Counted from the first letter of the stretch, positions 1 through 9,065 are shown. The stretch: DNA of 64,000 bases from Terriglobia bacterium (GCA_965198025.1 OZ240237.1:473038-537037), one strand, 5' to 3'. Notes: a model not told the origin generated them from the letters alone. Numbers and translations: made by a program.

Positions 1-255
1 TCGTTCTCGGTGGCGGCGACGCCGGTTGGCCCTGGTTCATCGGGCACGAGCACGTTCTGCACCGACCAGACCAACGTGGTTGGTCGGAACACCGCGGGCG
101 AGGCGCCGGGCAACTCCGGTACGGGCTGCGACTTCACAACGACCACTCCGCTGTAATCGTTCGCTTCCAGAGCATGTCTGGGGAGAGCAAGAGGAGATCC
201 TTTTCTTCTCAGGGGGGACGGTGTGAAATTGTTACGGAACGACGGCGTCAGAAGT

Positions 256-552
256 TCATTGTTCCGAATCGCCTGCCGGAACGTCCAAGAGTTCCGCTTG
301 TGTGCGGGCGGTCTGGTTCCCAGGGTGATAACGTAATTCGGCAGCGAACTCGCGGCGAACTCCTTCGCGGTCCCCCTGCTGTAGCAGAACCAGAACCAGA
401 TGAAAGCCTGTGCCAGCCGGATTGCGAGCGATGGCGTTGCGAAGGGCGGCGGCCGCTTCGGGCAGGCGGTTTTGGCGGAAATAGGTAAGCCCTAGATAGG
501 CGTACGCATCTCCATCCTGGGCGGAAGAGTCGCTGGACCCAAGCCCTTTCAT
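256..552 (-). CDS. small TPR-repeat protein (98 aa), translationally coupled (ATGA overlap) to the upstream GT-C/TPR gene
   Basis: ORF track 256..552. TPR-like sequence AYAYLGLTYFRQNRLPEAAAALRNAIARNP. Its start overlaps the stop of 549..2327 by 4 nt. Confidence 0.3.
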   Translation of the reverse strand: MKGLGSSDSSAQDGDAYAYLGLTYFRQNRLPEAAAALRNAIARNPAGTGFHLVLVLLQQGDREGVRREFAAELRYHPGNQTARTQAELLDVPAGDSEQ

Positions 553-2327
553 TCCCGGGTTGACCCTCCCGGTTGTGACATGGCGGCTTCCCGCGCGGCC
601 CTCAAATCCCCCAGGAGCTCTCCGACATCGGCGGCGTCACCCCAGTAATACGTAAGAAACGAAGCGTAACGGGCGCGCTGTCCCGTCATAGTCAGCGAGA
701 CGTTCAAGGCTCTCCGAGCCGCTTCGAGGTCTCCTCTCTTCCAGTGAAGAAAGCCTTCGATCACCCACAGACGAGGATTGCCAGGGTTCATCCTTTTTCC
801 CGTTTCAATGGCGGCGGCTGCCTCATCCAGATTACCTTGCAGGATCCGGGCGCGGGCCAGCCCGGCATAGGCGTCCGTAACCCAGGGAATATTCTCATGG
901 GCGGCCAACGGGTCGGCGAGAGCAAGCTGGTAGAAACGGACTGCCTCCGGGTAATTCCTGGCATTGAGAGTCAGGGCGTCTGCTAGATTCACCATGTAGT
1001 TGGGAGCAGGGCGCAGCGTCACCGCTCTCACGAGAAGGTCTCCTCCGCGTTGCGGCTGTCCGGCATTCAACAGAGCAAGCCCGAGGTTTTCGGCGCAATA
1101 GGCCGAGTTGGGGCAGGTGGGATAGGTGGTTTCCCAGAGAGTCAGGTCATCCTTCCACACCGGGAGGCGGACCGCCGTTCCCCAGGCAAACGTCACCAGC
1201 ACCGCGCATACGGCGGCTTCCAGCCCCCAGCGATGCCAGTCCTGTCGGGAGCGATCCAGGAGATGGAAGTAGAAACTGCTCGCCAGGACAAACAAGCCGA
1301 TGATCGGAGCGTAGAGATAGCGGTCGGCAACCCAGATTCCGAAGGGAATGATTTGCAAGACCGGTGCGAGAAACACCAGGAACCACAGGGCCCAGAACTG
1401 AATGCGTCGGTCGCTGCGGAGCAGAAATCCCAAGAGGGCCATAAGGGCAATCCACAGGGCTGCCAGAGCCGCTGTAAACTCCAGTGTCACGGGGAAAACG
1501 TACCAGGCGGAAAGGGGATGGGGGACCAGGGCCATTTGAATGTAGAAGAAAATGAAGAGTGGCAGGTTCATCAAGTGGACGCCGAGCCCGCCGTAATAGC
1601 CACTCTCGCCCACCCATTGCGTTCCCATGAAGCTCGCCATGTGAACGGCTACCATGAGAACGGAGATCAGAAAGAAACAAACCAGGCTAGCCACCGTTTT
1701 CCTGTCGAACGGACGCCGCTGCCGGTAGTCCCACAACAGAAAGATTGCCGGCGCCACGACGGTGTTGATCTTGGCAAGGAGCGAGAAAGCCAGGAACAAG
1801 GCGCACAGGACGCCGGCCCCCCAGCTTCCCCGTTCGCGCAACCGTAGAAAAGCAACGAAGGAGAGAAGAAAGAACAAGAAGGCCAGAGTGCTCTTGGTCT
1901 CCGAGACCCAAGCAACGGTCTCGACGCCGGTGGGGTGAACCGAATACAGCAGGCTGGCGAGCAAAGCAATGCGGGGTGACTCGATCCTTGCCAGGACCCC
2001 ATACAGAAGCAAAACGCAGGCGAGATGAAGAAGCAGCTGCGCCAAGTGGTATCCGAACGGCTCGGCGCCGACGATCTGGTAGAGCAGGGCCAGAAACGTG
2101 TGATGGACGGGAGCATAGTGCCCCAGATATGTATGGGTCCAGACGGCCTTCAGTTGCGCTTCCGTCAATCCCTGGACGCGGTAATTCGTGGCGACGTAAT
2201 AGAAATCATCCCAGACGAACTCGTAATATAGTGCGGGGGCGTAAAGAGCGAAACTGATGCTCAGCAGAAAGCCGTAGGGTAGGAGCTTGCCCCAGGAATT
2301 CGGACGCGCTACAAAGTCGAATACCAT
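549..2327 (-). CDS. GT-C family glycosyltransferase, PMT/TMTC-like (polytopic membrane N-terminal domain, DUF1736-like FVWDD motif, C-terminal TPR repeats); paralog B
   Basis: 592-aa ORF with multiple hydrophobic helices. Motif YYEFVWDDFYYV...LGHYAPVHHTFLAL...GYHLAQLLLH is typical of the TMTC/PMT_2+DUF1736 family. C-terminal approx. 200 aa contain TPR-like repeats. About 45-50% identical to the adjacent paralog. Confidence 0.65.
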   Translation of the reverse strand: MVFDFVARPNSWGKLLPYGFLLSISFALYAPALYYEFVWDDFYYVATNYRVQGLTEAQLKAVWTHTYLGHYAPVHHTFLALLYQIVGAEPFGYHLAQLLLHLACVLLLYGVLARIESPRIALLASLLYSVHPTGVETVAWVSETKSTLAFLFFLLSFVAFLRLRERGSWGAGVLCALFLAFSLLAKINTVVAPAIFLLWDYRQRRPFDRKTVASLVCFFLISVLMVAVHMASFMGTQWVGESGYYGGLGVHLMNLPLFIFFYIQMALVPHPLSAWYVFPVTLEFTAALAALWIALMALLGFLLRSDRRIQFWALWFLVFLAPVLQIIPFGIWVADRYLYAPIIGLFVLASSFYFHLLDRSRQDWHRWGLEAAVCAVLVTFAWGTAVRLPVWKDDLTLWETTYPTCPNSAYCAENLGLALLNAGQPQRGGDLLVRAVTLRPAPNYMVNLADALTLNARNYPEAVRFYQLALADPLAAHENIPWVTDAYAGLARARILQGNLDEAAAAIETGKRMNPGNPRLWVIEGFLHWKRGDLEAARRALNVSLTMTGQRARYASFLTYYWGDAADVGELLGDLRAAREAAMSQPGGSTRE

Positions 2328-2360
2328 GCGATTGCTCGGGGCTTGCCGCGGAATTCCTGG

Positions 2361-4106
2361 CTAGTGGCCCTCGGTGTCCCGGATGGCGCGCAAGAATTGC
2401 GCGACCTCCGGGGGATGGCCCCAAATTGCATAGATGTAGATTCTCGCGTCCGGTGGCCAGCCGGCGAGTTCAAGAGCCTTTTCTATCGCTGCGCGGGCTG
2501 CGGCGACGTTATCTTCTTTCCACGACAGGAAGGCTTTTGCGATCCAAAGGCTCGGCTCCGCAGGATTGCTCTCCATCCCTTGGTCCAAGGCACGGCGGGC
2601 CTGGGGCAAGTCGCCTGCCAGGACATAAGCGCGCGAGAGCTTGGCGTAAATGGGAGCACGCCCCGCTCCCCCACTCTTGGAAATCGCCGCCGAGTAGGTG
2701 ATGGGGCCCTGGCGAAAATCGCGGGCGACCGTAAACGCGTCGCCGAGCTGGACCAAGTGCCCGACGGCATCACGCAGTTCCACTGCCCGAATCAACTCCC
2801 GAATCCCGCGCTCTGTCTGTCCATCTTCAATCAGTGCCGCCCCCAGGCTGACGTGGCAGTAGGCGGATGTGTCGCAGGTGGGAGTGGTAGCTTCCCAGAG
2901 TGTCACATTGTTTCTCCATACCGGCACGTGTGAAAGAGAGCTCCAGCCGAACAACAGGACGATGGCGCCCAGCACGAGATCCAGCCCCCAGGCTGCTGTG
3001 CGATTCGAGAAGCGTTCCTGCAGCCAGAAGAATCCCATGCCGGCCAGCACGAACGCTCCGATGGCTGGTATGTACAAGTATCGGTCCGCCACCCAGATGC
3101 CGAACGGAAACAACTGCAGCACCGGGACCAGGAACACCAGGAACCAAAGCCCCCAGAAGCGGACGGCACGATTGCCTCGTGAAAGCAGCAACAAAAGGCC
3201 GAACAGAGCAACCCAGGACAGGACCAGCACCCAATTCCACGACTCATAGATCGGGAACAAGCGCCAAGCTGACAACTGATACGGGTAGACGACCATTTCG
3301 ACGTAGAACCACACGAAACGAGGGAGGTTTATCAAGTGCACCCAGAAGCTCCCGTAGTAGGAGGTGCCGTCTACCTCTCCGGATCCATAGAAACTGCCGA
3401 GATGAACCGTTACGAGGGCCGCGCTAAGAAGGAAGAACACGGCGTGGCTGCGAGCGCGGCCCCAGGTGAGAGAGCTTTGCCGGTAGTCCCACAGGAAGAA
3501 AATTGCCGGAGCTACCACGGTATTGATCTTGGAAAGCATCGAAAGGGTCAGGAAGAAACCACACCAGAAACCGTAATTCCATTGCGCCGTTTCCCGCATG
3601 CGCAGAAAGAACCAGAGGGATATCAGGAAGAACAGAAATGCAAGCGTGCTTTTGGATTCCGAGACCCAGGCAACCGTCTCAATGTTCGGCGGATAGAGTG
3701 CGAAGAGCAGGCTGGCCAAGAGCGCGATTCGCGCCGCCGCCATCTTGGTTAGCAGGTGATACAGAAGGCAGAGACAGGCTGCATGGACCAGAAGGTGGGC
3801 CAGGTGATACCCGAAGGGATCAAAGCCGGAAACCGAAAAAACCAGGGCCAGAAACGTCATATGGACCGGAGCATAGTGTCCCAAATGGGTGCTGCTCCAA
3901 ATCTCCCGCATACGTTCGAGGGAAAGTTCCTGGATGCGGAAGTTCCGGCCGATGTAGTAGGTGTCGTCCCAGACGAACTGGAAGTACACGGTCGCGCCGT
4001 AGATTGCGAACGTGACGCTCAGCAGCAAGGCGTAGGGGAGAAGGGCTTGCCAGGAGCAGAGGCGTTCGGGGAATTCGAGGAACGAGGTTTGGCGATTCAT
4101 TACCAC
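2361..4106 (-). CDS. GT-C family glycosyltransferase, PMT/TMTC-like with C-terminal TPR repeats; paralog A
   Basis: 581-aa ORF with the same architecture and motifs (VYFQFVWDDTYYIGRNFRIQ, HLGHYAPVHMTFLAL, GYHLAHLLVH). Tandem with 549..2327. Confidence 0.65.
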   Translation of the reverse strand: MVMNRQTSFLEFPERLCSWQALLPYALLLSVTFAIYGATVYFQFVWDDTYYIGRNFRIQELSLERMREIWSSTHLGHYAPVHMTFLALVFSVSGFDPFGYHLAHLLVHAACLCLLYHLLTKMAAARIALLASLLFALYPPNIETVAWVSESKSTLAFLFFLISLWFFLRMRETAQWNYGFWCGFFLTLSMLSKINTVVAPAIFFLWDYRQSSLTWGRARSHAVFFLLSAALVTVHLGSFYGSGEVDGTSYYGSFWVHLINLPRFVWFYVEMVVYPYQLSAWRLFPIYESWNWVLVLSWVALFGLLLLLSRGNRAVRFWGLWFLVFLVPVLQLFPFGIWVADRYLYIPAIGAFVLAGMGFFWLQERFSNRTAAWGLDLVLGAIVLLFGWSSLSHVPVWRNNVTLWEATTPTCDTSAYCHVSLGAALIEDGQTERGIRELIRAVELRDAVGHLVQLGDAFTVARDFRQGPITYSAAISKSGGAGRAPIYAKLSRAYVLAGDLPQARRALDQGMESNPAEPSLWIAKAFLSWKEDNVAAARAAIEKALELAGWPPDARIYIYAIWGHPPEVAQFLRAIRDTEGH

Positions 4107-4157
4107 TCGGTCAACTTGAGGGAATCTCCGGGAGCAGCGCTCTCCCGTTTCTGGACC

Positions 4158-5114
4158 TCACGTCCTCTGTGCTAGGAAGGTGAGCGTGCCACCCCGGCTG
4201 CGGGCCGCATCCCAGAGGGCACTTCCCAGGGCCGGCACGGCCAGGGCCGCCGCAGCCAGGAGTCGCTGCGCCTTGCCCGTTCTGTTCGCGGAAGGCTGTC
4301 CTTGGAGCACCGAATAGAGACGGTTGTCATCCTCCCACGCCCGGTTCATCCAGCTTTGGAGCGTTCCGTACCAGTCGTATTCGAAGGAAAGCGTGGAGCA
4401 GCGAGCAGTGCGGAAGCCTGCTTTGGCGAGCAGCGATTCCAGGCTGCGACGCCGGAAATGCCAGAGATGCCGTGGCAGATCCAGATGAAACCAATGCCGT
4501 CCGGCCGCCTCGGCCTGGGCTCCGCCGAAGTTGGGGACTGCTACGGAAAGCCAGCCTTGGGGCGACAGGATGCGGTGAATCTCCTGAAGGGACGCGAGCG
4601 CGTCTCGCAGGTGTTCCAGCACATGCCACAGTGTAACCAGTTGGAAATGGCCGTCCGGGAAGTGGCAGTCTTCCAGATCCTTGTAGAAGACGTAGGGCAA
4701 AGGATGCTCCTCCGTTGACGAACGTTCGAGGCCATAAGCTTCAAAGCCTGCCTCACGGGCCATGCACAGAAGCGTTCCGCGCCCGCAGCCGATGTCGAGC
4801 ATGCGTGTTCCGGGCGTAAGCAGGTCCCGAACGCTGCGCCACTTAGTCCACGTCAAGGCTCGAATTCCGGCTTCGACGGGGGACAGAAACTTCTTACGGC
4901 CTTTCCCGTAATAGGCTTCGTCGTAGTGGCGTGTCAGCTCAGCCTCGGACGGCTGAGGATAAAGGAAGCCGACGCCGCACGAAGCGCATTCGGTCATCGG
5001 AAACGGGCCGGTTTCCAGACGCGAGCGCGGCGGGCTCGGCGCGCCGCACAAAGGGCAGGCTGGCGGCACGTCAGAGGAACTGCTGGAAGCGGTAAATTCC
5101 GGAACGATGGACAA
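4158..5114 (-). CDS. class I SAM-dependent methyltransferase with N-terminal Cys4 zinc-ribbon
   Basis: LDIGCGRG glycine-rich SAM motif. N-terminal CPLCG...CASCG. Confidence 0.7.
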   Translation of the reverse strand: MSIVPEFTASSSSSDVPPACPLCGAPSPPRSRLETGPFPMTECASCGVGFLYPQPSEAELTRHYDEAYYGKGRKKFLSPVEAGIRALTWTKWRSVRDLLTPGTRMLDIGCGRGTLLCMAREAGFEAYGLERSSTEEHPLPYVFYKDLEDCHFPDGHFQLVTLWHVLEHLRDALASLQEIHRILSPQGWLSVAVPNFGGAQAEAAGRHWFHLDLPRHLWHFRRRSLESLLAKAGFRTARCSTLSFEYDWYGTLQSWMNRAWEDDNRLYSVLQGQPSANRTGKAQRLLAAAALAVPALGSALWDAARSRGGTLTFLAQRT

Positions 5115-5874
5115 AGTATTTTAGAATCGTCTTTAAAATGCCGAGGCCGTAGGTGCATCCCTGGCCGAAGTTGACCGACGAGCAGTCAAAGCTGTAGTGC
5201 GTGCTGACCGGGATCTCCTTGAACCGGACCTTCTTCAGCACCAGTTGCACCAGAATTTCATTGTCAAAGACAAACCCTTCAGAGTTGGCCTCAAAATTCA
5301 CGCTTACGAGCGCGGCGCGCGTGAACGCCCGGTAGCCGGTGTGGAACTCGGAGAACGCTGTCCGCAAGGCCAGATTCTCCGTTCCGGTCAGAATCTTGTT
5401 CGCGAAGAACTTCCACTGCGGCATGCCGCCCGCGAGGGGATCTCTGAGCATCCGCGACGCCAGTACCACATCGGCCTCTCCGGCGCGGAGCGGAGCCACT
5501 AGGTCACCGACGATGGTTGGATCGTACTGATAATCCGGATGGAGCATCACCACGTAATCCGCTCCCCGCTGCAGTGCCGTTGTGTAGCAGGTCTTCTGGT
5601 TGCCGCCGTAGCCTCGGTTCTTGCGGTGGCGGATGGCGGTGATGGGAAGCTTGTTGGCGATGGCCCAGGTGCCGTCCGAGCTGGCATCGTCAACCAGAAT
5701 GATCTCGTCGTAGCTGTTCGGCGGAATATGGTAGTAGGTCTTCTCGAGCGTCCGCGCTGCGTTGTAGGCTGGCATCACCACGACAGTCTTGCCGGAACGG
5801 CTCACCGCTTGCGTCTGATTTTCCGTTCCCACTTGCGGCAGCGGCATAGCGTTTCCCGCCCTTCTGAGGCGCAT
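5071..5874 (-). CDS. family 2 glycosyltransferase, Dpm1/GtrB-like polyprenol-phosphate sugar (mannose) synthase
   Basis: VVVMPAYNAA...DEIILVDDASSDGT...GYRAF motifs of soluble GT2 enzymes of the DPM1/GtrB type. The 3' end overlaps the methyltransferase ORF start, so the true downstream start may be later. Confidence 0.7.
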   Translation of the reverse strand: MRLRRAGNAMPLPQVGTENQTQAVSRSGKTVVVMPAYNAARTLEKTYYHIPPNSYDEIILVDDASSDGTWAIANKLPITAIRHRKNRGYGGNQKTCYTTALQRGADYVVMLHPDYQYDPTIVGDLVAPLRAGEADVVLASRMLRDPLAGGMPQWKFFANKILTGTENLALRTAFSEFHTGYRAFTRAALVSVNFEANSEGFVFDNEILVQLVLKKVRFKEIPVSTHYSFDCSSVNFGQGCTYGLGILKTILKYFVHRSGIYRFQQFL

Positions 5875-6015
5875 TCTATCACAAGAACTCCAGCCTCAGG
5901 TCGCGGGAGGGAAGCTCGGGGGTGCATGGTTTGGCGTTGCCTGCAGTAGCGAAGGGTGGTAGAATAAGCGCGCTATTCTGTGGCGTGCCCACTCCGGAGC
6001 GGAGGTTGAGTAACG

Positions 6016-6828
6016 ATGCTCTGCCGGTTTGCCCTGACAGTTACACTGGTCCTCGGTGCTGCAGCGTCGCAGAGTCTTTTCTCCGCCGACTTGAAGCCTC
6101 GCTCACGCATGAATATTCTTCGCGGTTTGGTTGCCGAGTACGCCATGATCAAGGTGCCGCTGCCGCGCGGGGAGAAAGGTTTGTTCCTGAAGTCAAGCGG
6201 CGAGATCGACGAGCAAAAGCTCAAGGAAGAGATCACCGCGGAAGGAACGGCCCTGCCCCCCGCCGTGCTGATCCAGATCACCGACATCATGTTTCGCGAC
6301 AAGGAGATCGCATTCGAGATCAATGGGGGCGGCCGGAAAAAGACCAAATGGTACGAGCGGATTGAGGTCGGCACTGGATGGGGCACCACGCCCATTGCCC
6401 CTCGAGACGGCCGAACCCCCACGGGTTCGACCGTTACGCTGGTCTTCCCCAATAGATTGCAGGACATGACCGTTGCGGACGTGAAGCAGTACTTGGCGCC
6501 CGTGCTCGATTTTACGCCGGTGACTCCGATGCAGGCGCTGACCGCGCCGGTGCCGCCGGAATTTCAGGCTGCCATTGAAGAGGAACGAGCGGTCGAGGGA
6601 ATGGACCGTGACATGGTGATCACCGCGCTCGGACAGCCGGACCGTAAAGTCCGCGAGATGGTGGACGGTCTCGAGCGGGAAGACTGGATTTACGGGACCC
6701 CTCCATTGCGTGTGGTCTTCGTGCGCTTCGAGGGCGAGGAGGTTGTCAGCGTGGAGGAATACTCCGGCGGGGTCTCGGGAGAGGCACAGCCGCCATTGAT
6801 GACTGATCCGCGCGACGCCCGCTACTAG
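6016..6828 (+). CDS. hypothetical secreted protein
   Basis: 270-aa ORF with an N-terminal signal-peptide-like hydrophobic segment. No recognisable motif. Confidence 0.45.
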   Translation: MLCRFALTVTLVLGAAASQSLFSADLKPRSRMNILRGLVAEYAMIKVPLPRGEKGLFLKSSGEIDEQKLKEEITAEGTALPPAVLIQITDIMFRDKEIAFEINGGGRKKTKWYERIEVGTGWGTTPIAPRDGRTPTGSTVTLVFPNRLQDMTVADVKQYLAPVLDFTPVTPMQALTAPVPPEFQAAIEEERAVEGMDRDMVITALGQPDRKVREMVDGLEREDWIYGTPPLRVVFVRFEGEEVVSVEEYSGGVSGEAQPPLMTDPRDARY

Positions 6829-6848
6829 TTCGCTTTCCCCATCAGCCT

Positions 6849-7085
6849 ATGCAGATTCGAATTGAGTACTGTGCTCGCTGAAAGTACGAGCCACGTGCCG
6901 TCAGGTTGACGCAGCAGATTCTGGAGGAGTTCAAGCAGCGCGTCACCTCGCTACAGTTGCAGCCCTTCACCGACGGACGCTTTGAGGTGTTTCTGAACGA
7001 GACCCGGGTCTTCTCCAAGCTCGAAACCCGCCGTTTTCCTGAGTACGAGGAAATCCGTCCGATGCTAGCCAGTCAGGACGGTTAG
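6849..7085 (+). CDS. SelW/Rdx-family selenoprotein (78 aa) with in-frame UGA (Sec) at 6879..6881
   Basis: Manual translation: MQIRIEYCAR-U-KYEPRAVRLTQQILEEFKQRVTSLQLQPFTDGRFEVFLNETRVFSKLETRRFPEYEEIRPMLASQDG. CxxU sits in the exact position of the Rdx/SelW CxxU/CxxC redox motif. The conserved C-terminal G.FEV...G..V.SK...RFPE pattern continues beyond the TGA. The ORF track missed it because the TGA splits it. A possible small hairpin cgtcaGGTtgacg lies about 17 nt downstream of the UGA. Confidence 0.65.
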
Positions 7086-7128
7086 CCGTGGAGGCGCAGA
7101 GATTTAAGGGCAGGAAGAATGCGACTCT

Positions 7129-7515
7129 CTACTGCCCTTCGCCCGCGACAACAATGTTTTCGAGGTACATCCCGGAGTCGTCCACCACGACTTCGGCGTT
7201 CACCTCGTCGCCTGCTTCCAGGTCTTCGAGCTCTCCTTCGTCCCGCACGGTGTAGGGCATCGTCATGGCGCCCATGAAATTGGGGATCTCGTCGTGGTCT
7301 ACCACGAGACTGTTGCCCTCCGGGTCAACGGAGATCACCGTGCCACGGAGAGGATGCCGCTCCGGACCGCCCGCTGCGGGCGCCGACTCGGATTGGGATT
7401 GTTCTTGTGCTGGTTGCGGACTGCAAGCGCCGAGCCACAGAAGGAGGCTCGCCGCAGCAATTGAAAGAATCCAACTTTGATATCCCGTCCGACGTGCCTG
7501 CGCACCTGATTTCAT
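7129..7515 (-). CDS. CusF-like periplasmic copper/silver-binding protein (lipoprotein-type signal peptide)
   Basis: Motif HDEIPNFMGAMTMPY matches the CusF H..I...M.AMTM.F metal site. Signal peptide ends ...LLLWLGACS. Start trimmed to the internal Met of ORF 7129..7581. Confidence 0.6.
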   Translation of the reverse strand: MKSGAQARRTGYQSWILSIAAASLLLWLGACSPQPAQEQSQSESAPAAGGPERHPLRGTVISVDPEGNSLVVDHDEIPNFMGAMTMPYTVRDEGELEDLEAGDEVNAEVVVDDSGMYLENIVVAGEGQ

Positions 7516-7944
7516 GTATCTGATCTCCTCTGATCCGAAGCTTTTCCCGGGTGTTGCCTCTTCTTTGTCAGTGTACGCCACAGCGCTGGCGCAGGCAAGC
7601 GGGTCCAGGGTAGCGCCAATCTGTTTACCCGGACTACCGGTTCATCGTGGCCTCCGGGTATCCCGACGCCGCGCGACACGTGTCTGGATCTGTCCTGCGA
7701 TCCGAGCCTGGGAGACCGGCGACTCGACCTGGATTTCGTCCTAGACGCCGCATTGGAATTATGCGGCCTTGAGGACCGGATTCACTTGCAGGTCGGCTTT
7801 TCCAGCCGGGTCCAGGCCGTCGGCGGCGCTTGGGTCCTGAAGCGTGAAACCGTCAACCTCGACCCCCGCAAGAATGTTAAATCCCGCCGCTTGTTCGGGT
7901 CTATAATGGGACAGTGATCGGAAAAACACGACGGAGGTTCCACC

Positions 7945-8550
7945 ATGCCTAGAACCCTGTTAGCCGTACTCCCGCTGCTGATCGGATTTCCCGCCGCACT
8001 GGCGCAAGCGCAATCGGACTCGCCCTGCGTGGGCGGCAAACCGAGTTCGCCGATCAAGATCGAGGTGTTTTCCGACTACCAGTGTCCCGCCTGCCGGGCC
8101 TTTTTTCTCGGAACGATGCGTCAAGTGCTCTCCGAGTACGGCGACGCGGACAAGGTGTGCGTCGTGTACCACGAGTTCCCGTTGAGTATCCACCCGCACG
8201 CTCCGGCGGCGGCGCGCTACGGCCACGCGGCCATGCAGATTGGCATCCGGCAATGGTCCCAGGTGACCGACGCGCTATTCCAAGCGCAACCACAGTGGGC
8301 CGCCAGCGGACAGGTGGAACCGGTCGTTGCGAGTGCCTTGAGCAAGGAAGACATGGACAAGGTGCGGGAACTGGTGGCTGATCCTGCCATCAATGCGGCC
8401 GTCCAGCGGGATATCGAGCTAGGGCGGAGCCGCGAAGTAAACTCCACGCCCACGTTCTTCATCACAGCCAACGGCAAAACGGAGAAGGTCGCCCAGGTTG
8501 TTCAGTTTCCGATTCTCAAGAGGTACCTCGACTATCTGTTGACGCAGTGA
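7945..8550 (+). CDS. DsbA-family thiol:disulfide oxidoreductase (thioredoxin fold, CPAC active site), secreted
   Basis: Signal peptide MPRTLLAVLPLLIGFPAALAQA. YQCPACRAF CxxC motif. C-terminal STPTFFI motif typical of the DsbA/BdbD family. Confidence 0.75.
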   Translation: MPRTLLAVLPLLIGFPAALAQAQSDSPCVGGKPSSPIKIEVFSDYQCPACRAFFLGTMRQVLSEYGDADKVCVVYHEFPLSIHPHAPAAARYGHAAMQIGIRQWSQVTDALFQAQPQWAASGQVEPVVASALSKEDMDKVRELVADPAINAAVQRDIELGRSREVNSTPTFFITANGKTEKVAQVVQFPILKRYLDYLLTQ

Positions 8551-9065
8551 TCGCGGAAATTTGGGAGAAGCCCGGAGGTAGAGAATCGGTGGGCTGGCGC
8601 ATCTTTGAATGGACTGCTCGCCTGGGGCTGGGGGCCTTGTTCATCTACGCCGGCTACGTCAAGCTGCGTAGCCCGTTTCTGTTTGAGATGGCGGTGGACG
8701 GATACCAGTTGCTGCCGCCAACGGTCGTGATTGTGGTGGCGCGCAGCTTGCCCTGGCTGGAAGTGACATTGGGTCTGCTCCTCTGGACTGGCTGGAAACT
8801 CCCGTATAGCGCCACGTTCACGACGCTTCTGTTGGGCGTGTTCCTGGTCACGATGGCAGTAACTTACGCCCGGGGCATCGAGGCCGTCTGCGGATGCTTC
8901 GGAACCAGCGAGCCCATCAGCCCGCGTACACTGGCCCGCGACTCGCTGATCTTTGCCGTAGCCGCGACGCTCGCCGGATACGCTTGGTTCACCCACCTCC
9001 GGGGAACCAGAGTTGTGACTTCGCCGGCGGTTTCCGGTCAGGAAATGCCGCTTCCCCGGGTCTGA
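8547..9065 (+). CDS. MauE/DoxX-family membrane protein (redox-associated)
   Basis: 172 aa with 4 predicted TM helices. Start overlaps the dsbA-like stop. A pairing of this family with DsbA-like genes is common. Confidence 0.6.
   Translation: MIAEIWEKPGGRESVGWRIFEWTARLGLGALFIYAGYVKLRSPFLFEMAVDGYQLLPPTVVIVVARSLPWLEVTLGLLLWTGWKLPYSATFTTLLLGVFLVTMAVTYARGIEAVCGCFGTSEPISPRTLARDSLIFAVAATLAGYAWFTHLRGTRVVTSPAVSGQEMPLPRV

Noticed and set aside
1-255. Possible partial minus-strand CDS running off the left edge
   Set aside because: A protein-like reading exists, but no start, stop or motif could be anchored within 255 nt. Left uncalled.
1050-1847. Long antisense or alternative-frame ORFs inside obvious genes (for example 1050..1847, 18992..20323, 23577..24398, 30998..32356, 33530..35362, 57679..58050)
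   Set aside because: These are typical stop-poor shadow ORFs of a high-GC genome. They overlap strongly supported genes on the opposite strand or frame and have Arg/Pro/Gly/Ala-biased low-complexity products.
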